A stretch of 64,000 bases of DNA from Klebsormidium nitens (taxonomy: Eukaryota > Plantae > Klebsormidiophyceae). A program made the translations under genes and the position numbers. The notes beneath the pieces were generated by a model. It saw nothing but the letters and a program-made list of their open reading frames with translations, was not told the origin of the DNA and made no database searches. Shown piece by piece: positions 1-14,746 of the stretch (its first letter is position 1; each line of letters opens with the position of its first letter). Location: the NCBI GenBank assembly GCA_000708835.1, contig DF237018.1, positions 176,589-240,588 on the forward strand, given 5' to 3'.

Positions 1-1
1 T

Positions 2-714
2 GCCAGGGACCCGACAAACGCCCAATTCGTTCTTCAGCCGTTCAACGCGACTGGCCACCTGCAGGCGAGATGCTTTCGTCACCATCTCTTGTTGAGAAAA
101 GCAAGGGGAGACTTAAGCCTTTTCTTTGAGAACTCTGATCTTTCTGCTCTGATACGTTTCTTTCGATTGGGTCGATTGTGGAACGCGCTTCGCCTGGCGG
201 AAACTTCGTTGCAATTTGTAAGAAGAAGACGTCGACTCTTTTTCTGGTTTGCCACAAAACGAAGCAGAGATGCCCATAGACCCCCCACAAACCGCCAATT
301 CATCACCTATTTCAACCCGCGTCTCTCACCGTTTCCTACATCAATAACTTCTCACGACAGGCCAAACGGCCCATCAGAACCTTACCTCAGCCAAACGGCC
401 CATCAAACCTATACCTCAAACGCACCCTATTTTATTTCCAACTGCAGAGATGGTATGCACCCCCCGTTTCCGCGTCATCCCCCCCCCTCGTCGTGTCCTT
501 CACGTGGACCCCCGGGCGGATCGACTGGGAGGCACGTCAGGCTGAGCTACTCTTGAGCAGCAAGACTTACGCGGCCGGGGATGTGCCCACTCCAGGACCG
601 GAACTCACGGTCATCAATTTGTGGGTGTACAAATCCAGGGGGATTACTGGGCCGATCAATGGGAAGGGTGCGACGGTGTACCTGTCGGACTTTATCTTCA
701 CGCCGTGCTACTAA
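2..714 (+). CDS. 3' part (last two exons, <1..64 and 448..714) of a GH16-like / ConA-like beta-sandwich glycoside hydrolase; gene starts before the window
   Basis: Splicing 64/448 (CAG|GCGAG ... CTGCAG, phase 0) gives ARDPTNAQFVLQPFNATGHLQ-RWYAPPVSASSPPLVVSFTWTPGRIDWEA...GDVPTPGPELTVINLWVY...GATVYLSDFIFTPCY*. The motifs NAQFVxQP, SFTWxPGRI, DVPTPGxE, INLW and SDFxFTP recall the C-terminal half of bacterial-type GH16-like proteins (recognised from memory). The catalytic ExDxE region would lie upstream, outside the window. Confidence 0.6.
361..418. repeat. 29-bp direct tandem repeat (2 copies) inside the GH16-like intron
   Basis: gccaaacggcccatcagaaccttacctca (361-389) followed by gccaaacggcccatcaaacctatacctca (390-418). 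Confidence 0.8.
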
Positions 715-1164
715 CGTTTTTGTCAAAGCACCTTGTAAGATAGGAAAACTGTCCTTGAAATGTGTCTCAAAGTCCCGAGCCGTTCAGCATCTCGTGAAGC
801 CGGAGACCGCATACTACAGTGAGCTGAGTCGATAACAATTACACACTTGGAAGAATGCTCCAGTAGAAGGTATCAGAAGTGAGTGCTTCTTAGCTTCAGA
901 GAAAGAGGATCGGAGGGAGCATGTGAGAAGGGATCGATGACGCCCTCCAATCAACAAGTCGACTTGTAGAAACAAATTCATGCAGTCCATAGTAGCTAAT
1001 GTGACTCACTCTATGCACATAATTAAGTGAGCCTGCTCGACTGAGTTATAATAAATACGCTGACGACATGATAGATGTACGTATGATGTCGCCGCTCCCT
1101 CTCATAACAATTAAACTCAAGTGTACCGTGTATTAAATGCTGCTGTGAATACATGTGCAAAACT

Positions 1165-1245
1165 AGGGCGGTCTCTCAGGGCCGACCAACGGGAACAATG
1201 CTACGTTGTACCTGTCGGACTTTACCTTCGCGGCGTACTACATGC
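1165..1245 (+). pseudogene. Short duplicated remnant of the GH16-like gene 3' end
   Basis: gggccgaccaacgggaacaatgctacgttgtacctgtcggactttaccttcgcggcgtactac (GPTNGNNATLYLSDFTFAAYY) parallels 647-711 (GPINGKGATVYLSDFIFTPCY). No upstream coding continuation seen. Confidence 0.65.
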
Positions 1246-2769
1246 GAAGAATCATCTGTTACTGGAAGGCAGCGTTTCTTTGCAAGATGAGTTTCGAAAT
1301 CAGGATCTCGTGAATTAGGGGAAGGGTAAATATTGAAAGTTGAACGATTACACGCCTGATGAATGATTTGCTTGCTCAAAGATCGCCCTTCGGGAGAACA
1401 CGCAATTCAGAAGACCTTTATAACCTGGAGTCTTAGAAAGCTGGGGACGCCTTCAATCGAGAACCGCAGTACTTTAATAGTGATAAGGATCTAATAGTAA
1501 TAACGAAGAGCAATCTCCTGGTCTAATCAACACTAAAACCGTAAGTACTGACGGACTTTCTCCGCACCCGAACCCACCCTAACCACCATACCAACACCAC
1601 CCGTCCTCGTCGAGTCCTTTTACTTACAGTCGATTCGTCGTCTGATGACCATATATGCTAATGCTTCGCGTAACTTTAATCGGGCCTTCGTTGGATTCTG
1701 CATCCTGAGTCCGGATCCGACTTTGCATGATCAAGACGACACGTGCAGGCGGCCGCCTGACAAGTTTAGAGGCGCGCCAGCACACTTGCGCGGCTTCAGC
1801 CAGACCAGGCTTGCCAGCTAGAGGCCCGTCGCATGCGGGTCGCGGCTGCGACCTGAGTCTTGATCCAAGAGATTTAGCAAGTTGCATGCATTCGCATTTG
1901 CACCGTACTTCGACCGCTCACTGCTCAACCACTCAGTGACTTCCATCGCGTGTCATTGCGGAGGCTCAATTAAGATCAAACGTCGACATATTGGCGTATG
2001 CGTTACTGCAATATTATGGTCAGTATCTCGCTTTGCAATCAGACCACTTTGCTGTCAACTCGAATCCACGTACGAATTACCATCCATTCAATGCAATTTC
2101 TTACTCATCATTATATGTGAAACAAAGTCGATTGACATGCGGCCTCATAAGAACATTTGAATGAATCGCGTGCGGCCTGAGCAACGTTAAGCTATACAAA
2201 GCTAAGGGCCCGGCCCGGCCGCCGCCGGCCGGGCATCGAAGCTGGGGGTGCAGGACATTAACCAATCAAGCTTCCTTCATCTGCCAAACCTTCTAAGTTT
2301 TTGGCGGCTGGCGCAGCCGCGCGCCTGATTGCATCCTAATCGTGGGCGGCCGTACTGTTGGACGTCACGATCTAGTAGCCTTAATTGGATACTTCTAATT
2401 TTCACTGCAAGCTTTGGCAGCTTCGGCGGGACGTTTCGCTGTGCCGACAATGAGTCAAACCCTAGCTACCGTAGTACGTAGTAAATGAACCATGGCCAGA
2501 ACGAAATGCAACATTTTCTCAGTCCATTAGCAAAGCGTCTGCATAAACTTCTTGCGTCAAGTCCAACGGGGCAATTGTCAGGTCGAGTACCCCTATGTAC
2601 ACCGGGCACTGCACACAAAATACATCGTAGACTGGATTCTACGGCGACATGAACAATGATTATTTGAGGAGCGCAGGACGGCGCTTTATCCACACACTTG
2701 AGACTTGCCCCGTGCCAGCAGAACCCGAATTCCATGCAACACTGTGTTAGTATTCTTGAAGACCCGCAA

Positions 2770-5700
2770 TTAGGCTTGCGGCTCCGTGCCGTCATTCAAA
2801 GCGCAGCAGACCGTCGCTTTGTGGTGCCCGCTGTAAACACGAATTGCCTCGCCGGTGCTCAGCTCCCATAAACGTGCAGTGGTGTCCGATGAAGCTGCGG
2901 GGCAATGATTTTGGTCGGTACCGTACTCTCGCGAGGTCAGGTTTTGACAGCGTTTGCATACTGCATGGACGAACTCCCTGAGAAACGACTTCCAGATTAC
3001 GACGAGCGTCAGCTCCTTCTACGGGCCATTTTCGATGGCCGGAGGAGCAAGGCCGTTTCAAAAGGTATCGCTTATTACGCCTTCTTACGGCAGAGAATTC
3101 GAGGAGGGGAAAGGAGAAACACAGTCCCCTGACATGTCGTGCCGCTCTTCTTTCCTGACGGGGCGCAAAGTCAACGACCCGAGGGAAGAACTCTGAAGTA
3201 GATTAGACCTTTCCCACTTCTAACCAGCGGTCAAGCGGTAGCGACGATATTAGAGGACCGGTGATCAGGACGTCTTACCTGTGACTAGATACGCCCCATC
3301 GACCGAGAAGACGCAATCCCACACCCACCGCTGATGACCTGCATGCGGTATAGAGTTGTTAAGCACTCTCGTTCAATACAGCCGCTCATGATGTGGCGGT
3401 TAATCTTCCTTGTACGAGTTTGCACAGGTATCGGGACTCAGTGCAGACGGCCATCTCGCTCTGGTTCAGACGGCTTCAAAGCATGTTGAACAAAACTTGT
3501 ATTGGGGGCTCTTTTCGTGTAGGTCACAAGCATGTGCGCTTTAGCTGAGCAAACAATCTCGCCGCGACTGATTATCAACGTCGCGGCTAGATTACAGTTT
3601 AAGGGACATCCACGTATGACATATTCTGTGACGAAGTACAATAGCAACGGAGGGTTCACGTACTGGACAACACGTACGTAGATTAATTACGTGGGGGCCG
3701 TAGATTAATCCCCCACTGAGGACGGCGAATCGTTGACGACGGGGCCATGATGATCGATCCCACTCACCCACAAGCGTCTTCTCGAGGCCGAATCCGTCGA
3801 CGTTCCAGATGCGCACCGTGTGGTCGGACGAGGTGGTGGCCAGGTACCGGTTGGGTTCGGAGAACTCGGGGCTAAGCAAGCACTTGAGGATGTACCCGTT
3901 GTGCGCGTGCAGCTTGTGCAGCGGCTCGAAGTTGGTCGTCATCTGCACCGAATATTGTCAGTGGCTTTCCTTCTTGGTGTTTGCATCTTTGCATCTCTGC
4001 ATCTTAGGTCTAAGGTAGCAGATGTTTCTACGATTTCAAATCTCCACAATAAATCCGTTCTGCCCGTACAGCTTCGCAGCGGCATGAAGTCGGTCGTCAT
4101 TTTGTTGGGAGACGGACATCAGACTCCTCTATCGGAATACTCGGAGAGCTGGCTTATTAGATCGAATCCATATGGAGGCGGTTCAAGCGTCGAGTGGACC
4201 TCTGATCGTTACAGAAGGTGCCGCCCTTGTGCTGATTCGAAATTAGTCGTAGCCTGCAAGGGCCAGCTCCCAAGCAAATCGTACTCTGAGATGCGAAAGT
4301 TGGAACGCGTCTAAAGATTCTCGTTCTAACTTTCGAAAACTCTGATTTTGAGAGTCGAGTCCTCAGGTCGAGGATTCTTCAGCTCGAGACCGATCGTCAT
4401 CTTAGGAGACAAAGAGAGCGCACACACGAGGCGTTGCAAGGGTCATTAGCTTGGCGAAACACCCAGCACACCGTTCCAAAGGGCTATTCAGACCCACCTT
4501 GCTCCCCTTCGACAGGCGCCACACATAGCACGTCCCGTGGTTATTTGCCGCAACCACGAGGCTCCCATCGTACATCACCGTCAGCGACCGAATGGCGGTA
4601 TCGACTTCCGGAACGAGCTCGCAGCTGCACGAGTTCGCGTTCAGGTCCCACACTCGGATGTTCCCGTTCTGGTCGCCGGAAATGAGCTCCGTTTGGTTGG
4701 GGTGCAGAACGACGGTGTTCACCGCTGCGCGGCTCTCGTACTCGCGCTGGCATCCGGGAGCCCTGGACGAGAGAAGTGAAAACTAATTTACTATGTATTT
4801 CACTGGGTCTAGACCCTAGGTAAGAAGTTCGATTGAGTAGGGTGCAGGGTAAAGCAGGTCGGTGTGAATCGCGTGCAGACTCTGACACTCGCACTGCGGT
4901 CCGCAGGCCCTGGATAGCAAAGTTTCGCAGCTGGTTGATGTCCTGATTATCTGGACTAAAACAATGTCAGTCAGGAGGAGATGGTGTTTACCGACGCGCA
5001 GCTTTTGGCATGCAGTGGTCCTGGAGAAACGGGTTTCGAAACTTCGTTTCAGTGGTGTCTGGTTCAAACCCTGGTCTGGAGCCTGGACTCGAGCCTTCGT
5101 CTGCTGCAGTCTGAATGCACGGTGGATAGTGGCGCTTATTTCCTTCTCGTGTCACACCGAAACGAGTGCTGTAAGACTGGTGGGCCCTATTTCGGACGTT
5201 TTCCATCCTGGACGAGCAAAGCCGAGATCCAAGTTCTGGCTATGAGACCAATCGCGGCCGCACGCGCACTTGTGTAACATGTGTCTCGCGCATCTCGACA
5301 TCTGACAATACCTTCAAGGCGACATCAGAAACCGATGCGCTCGAGCAGCCGCAGACTAGGTTACCTTAGTTCAAAATCGATTTTTGGGTTTGCCCATCCG
5401 AAGAAACAAACTTTCCGAAAACGGGCGAACCAGTCTTATCCACTCGTCAGAGAAGAGTAATAGAGCTACAGAACTCTTCAAATTGGTACCCAAATGGCAT
5501 CTTACCAGGATGTCAATTTTGGCACTGGGGAAATGGAGTCTCCTCAGAACCTTATGAGAACACCATCTTGGCCTGTGCTTTGCAATCCTCCTCTCAGCAA
5601 TTGTCAAATAACCCCCAATCAGAATCCCTTACTATCAGACTCTTAATCAAAAAGGGGCGTAGCACAAACTCACCTGAGGTCCCATATCTTCACCGTGCCA

Positions 5701-6882
5701 TCCTCCGATCCCGAGTACATCCACTTGTTATCGCACTGGAACCCGACTGCCGTGACGTTATTCGTGTGGCCATCATAGCTGGTCAACGGCTGCTGGTTGT
5801 TTGAGTTGACCTCAAAAAGGCGGATGTGCGGATTGCCGGCGGCGGCTATGTACTGCTTGTCGGGTGTGATCTCCAGCCGATTCACCTGCTGCAAGACGCA
5901 AAACTAGGACTGTTGAATCAAAAAGCCTATCAAAGATGGTGTATGGGGGATAAGATTGGTCTGATGTAGGTGGTGTGATTCCTTATCTTCCAAGGGTTTG
6001 CAGTAAGTTTCAAGAAAGGTTCGCTATCTTGCTCGTCGGCCAACCAATAAATTGTCTTGAGGTGCAATCGACGAGTGTTTCTTATACCTGCCGAAATAAA
6101 TGGCCCGTATTCCTGAGATCGATCCGGCCATGAGGTTAACAGCGGCGATGACCAGCATTGATGGTGATCCACCCCCACAAAAATGGGCATGCCTTCTTTG
6201 CCTGCCAAAACTGAGTCTGAAGTGCACCAAAAACGACCAGTTACTTGGAATTCTGATTTCTGTTGGATTCTAGGCGGGACTTTGGGGTGCTTATTTGTGC
6301 ACTGAGCCGAAGTTTCTAAATTTCCAAGAAACCCATCTCAGCACACCCCAAAGCTACAGTGCTCGAACGATGTTGAATTGCGCAGTGATGGCATCCATGT
6401 CACTGACTCCATTGGGGAATGCTCTTTCTGATTCTGTGAGTGTAATGAAGGGGGATGTACTTTTCTAGGCACATCAGAGCACTTCTTTCAAGAATCATGT
6501 AAAGCTGGTGATTTATGGTCCATGCAAAGATGACATTGCCCCCACTTGGATAAAAGCCCGATTTTCGTCAGAACTGATTCTCCTGGCCAGGTTTTCTGTG
6601 TTATTGAAGTGTTCTTTAACATTCTTTGAACATTGTTGAACTCTATCTGCAAAAAGCTCAATGCTTGACCACTTCTCTGTTGGCGGTATTCTTTGGAGTT
6701 GTTAGCACAACAGTGGTACATTCTTTTTTATTCAAAAAGAGGGTATTTTTCAGAGGCGATGAAACAATGCTTACAGAATCAGTATACTGCAGAGTCTTGT
6801 AGCATCGGCCGCTGGTAGCCTCCCAGAACCTGATTGTGTGATCGTACCCTGCCGTAGCCAAAACCACTGATGGGTGCGGCAT
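2770..6882 (-). CDS. LST8: TOR complex subunit LST8 (GbetaL), WD40 repeat protein, ~315 aa, 6 exons
   Basis: Exons 6882-6775, 5888-5674, 4762-4498, 3942-3768, 3338-3279 and 2894-2770, all GT-AG with consistent phases (948 nt). Peptides [72 protein letters not shown] and [11 protein letters not shown] are diagnostic. Confidence 0.96.
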
Positions 6883-8133
6883 CGCACCCCGCTAACCCCA
6901 GCTCAAGCAACCATATTACACATTCTGATGTGCTAACATCAGAAGATCACCGAGCGTCGGCCATGGTTTGGGTAAAGTAATCCACCGTGCGTGCGCACAT
7001 CAGCTAAAAGAAGGGGGCCGCATGCCGTTTGGCACTGCGCAGCTCCTTTTTTCCGAGACCTGGAATCTGCTTGAAGACCAAGGAAACCTGGAACTAGAAA
7101 GAGAAGCTCCCTCGTGAGGCGATCGACTTTTGTTGATTCAAAACCTGCCTCTGATTTTGCCCTCGTGAGTGCGCCTTCACCTGTTCAGGCTTCACCTGGC
7201 ACTGCAGCAGAACTTGCCCCCTGGCACATGGACCATTTTGTCAGGGGGTTTCGTGTATGGGGCGTATTTACATGGGGAAATGCCCCCCTGTAGGTGTTCG
7301 AGTCCTGTGTGGGGTTCAAAGACGCGGCACCAAGTCAGAAGCGGCGACGTTGAGAAAACCTTCTACTGGTAGATCAGGCTGTGAACTGCATGGTGTGTCG
7401 CCATCCTGCATCAGCCCGCTCAGAGAGAAGACCCCCGGGAGCGAATATCAGATTCGATTTTTGTTCGCGCCTGTTTTTACAGAGCCGCTGCTGCAACCTC
7501 ATTCAAATTGTCAAGGCAAGGCACCTGGCAGGGTGGACGTGCAGTGGGTGGACGCTCCAAACGCAGAGTTTTGTGTGCAGGAACGGGGCGTTCAAGGCGC
7601 ATGCATGAAGCAGTTGCGACCTAGGAATTTGGTGACAACTGCATCCAGCAGTTGTGAGAAAGGCAGTAGCAGGCGGCGCGGTTACATGTGGGTGTGGGAA
7701 TAAACAGCGAGGGAAACGGTGGCGAACAAGTCGTTCCAAAGCTAACGGCCTCGACGAAGTCTCTTGGCACATTTTCCCATGTCGAATGCTGGGGGGCAGC
7801 GTCTCCTTGTGTGAGCGGCTCCAGGCGGCCAGCCTCAGCTTCGTTCTGCAGCAGCAATTGATTGGTCCGTGCTCCAGAAAGGGCCTGGTCTTTGACAAGG
7901 GATTGGGCAGAGGCAACAAGCATATTTTGCAAACGCCTACTTGTCAATCTGCAAGAAGCTCTCCTCCAATTGTTTGCGCAAACGAGGGAGCAGAGCTCAT
8001 TTGGAGTGCGCCAGTCGGCGGTGCAAATAACAATTCTGCAGCGAAGAGGAGCAGCTACGTCCCGAACGCCGAGCCTTCTCGCGCCATCTCTGTCATCCAG
8101 AGGATTGCCAGGGCGTTCAGGCAGAGAGGGGCC

Positions 8134-12877
<4,744 letters not shown>

Positions 12878-13559
12878 CCATTCTCCTGCCGGCCTGGTTT
12901 CGAGGGTTCTATTTGATAGGCCGCCAACGCTGGCGCTAGCAGTGTCGTAGTGGATCCAACACGTATGGTTGTAGATAATGGTGGATTTTCAATCATGTTG
13001 CGAAGACCATTGGATGTTGGTGACAACGTTGAGCAGAGTACTGAATGCTGGAGCTAACGGCTCAGGAGGCGTTTCGAGAAATGTATCAAGAAGTAGATCG
13101 AAGGGGGCAGGTGCAAGCTGCAAAGTAGGAGTCTATTCAGAATGGTAGGTTTCCGCGTGTGTGCTTGCTAGATATGCGCTTGGCACGCTGATTGGCCCCC
13201 GCGCCAATTATGATTGTGCTGTGAAGCATTGACGACAATAATCAGATGCCTTAGAGGATACACCATCATGGTCGGGCGGGATGCCAGACCACTGTCGCAT
13301 AGTAGCGGCATCAGCACTGCTGCACGTACATGACTGATCCGAGAGGCCGTCAAAAATTGCATTGCAGTGCACAAAATAGTTTTCGACCACGGCGAATACC
13401 CAACTCCAACGGTCCATTCGGTTAGGAAGTTCGGCATGCTGTAATTTGATCCGTTTAAGCTTATATTTTGGTACGGCATATGTGCGACCATGATTTGCCA
13501 GACCTTCCTGATCACGCTATTACTTGGTGAAGCTTGTGTATTCAGATTAATTTGTGACT

Positions 13560-14130
13560 GGCCGGCATGCGTCATTTTCGGCCGGTCCAGCTGGTATTAA
13601 GTGCATGATGGCAGCCTGCATGGCATTTGTGTCATACCGTCACTTTTAATGAATGCTGGCATGCCAGCTAAAATGAAACTTGAAATATGCTGAAATGCGT
13701 ACGTGCGCGCATATAATATCAGGCAAGCTAGTATATCATGTATATGTCATATGCATATCTCAATATCCTCAAATGCGTCATTTTATCACATGGCGCATGC
13801 CTGATCGAGTGTAATTACATCTATACCATGGCCTTGCTGCGTGCACATGCACCGGAAGACCTCTATAATGTATATCACTAACCAGATGATGCGTCGTCCC
13901 CAGCAATCCAAGGTACGTGCCGCTAGTGCCGGCCGAGGCGCTTCGGCACTTGCCATGCAGCGGAGCCTGCATTAGAGCTGACTCGATCTTTTCAATGATG
14001 AGAAAATCTGAAGCAAGTTGGTTAAGCTTCAAGCCCGGCCGCCATGACTTCACTCGATCCATGTACTTTGCATGGCGCAATTTACTAACGAAGTATACGT
14101 CAATCATGCAAGGGCCTGGATGCACTTGAC
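13560..14130. other. Palindrome-dense spacer between convergent CK2 and PLA1 3' ends
   Basis: GCTGGCATGCCAGC (14 bp), ATATGCATAT (10 bp), TGCGCGCA, CGGCCG, CAGCTG and CGTACG within about 250 bp. Confidence 0.5.
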
Positions 14131-14746
14131 TCGGAGCCCGGCTTTAACCTTTCGCTTCAGTGTAACACTGGCAGTTGAAGGCCGGCTGTTTGCAGACTCA
14201 GAAACTACCGTACGTGCAAATCCAACCTATAAGTAATCTTCAATTCGCTGCCTACAAAACAACACAAAAGGGGATTTATACTACAATCTGCAACACTCGA
14301 GAGTGTCCAGCTTATCGCGTGGTTTTCAGTTTCAAGAAGGGAACCTGCAATCAAACACAATTCTGCTGGCCTAGACTCTACTGTTCGCCAAGGCCGCACG
14401 CGTGATTAACGCTATAGCAAACGACAGTTGTTGACCTAAGACTGGCTAGCAACTTAGGTCTTCAAGATAAGTTAAGTTGACCTTAGCCCAGCCACAAGCA
14501 AACTCTCAAACACAAACACACACAAGTCCAATGCAAATTTCGAGTCTTTCTTGGAGGTAACTCACACACAGGCCATCCTAATTACATGCCTACGACAAGC
14601 ACCAAGTACTCCTTATCTACAACATCGAGCCCGCATCAGCCGGCTCGTCTTCTTCCACCGAGAAGAACGCTCACTTAGCATAAGTGACATTTCAGCTTCA
14701 TCTATATATATAAACAACACTGGAACCAATCGCTTGATCGTCGCTT

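Noticed and set aside
361-418. Two GGCCCA site-II motifs as a promoter
   Set aside because: They lie inside the inferred GH16-like intron with no adjacent gene start. Kept only as a repeat.
13168-14405. Short ORFs between CK2 and PLA1
   Set aside because: No motifs or exon signals. The region is 3' UTR plus palindrome-rich spacer.
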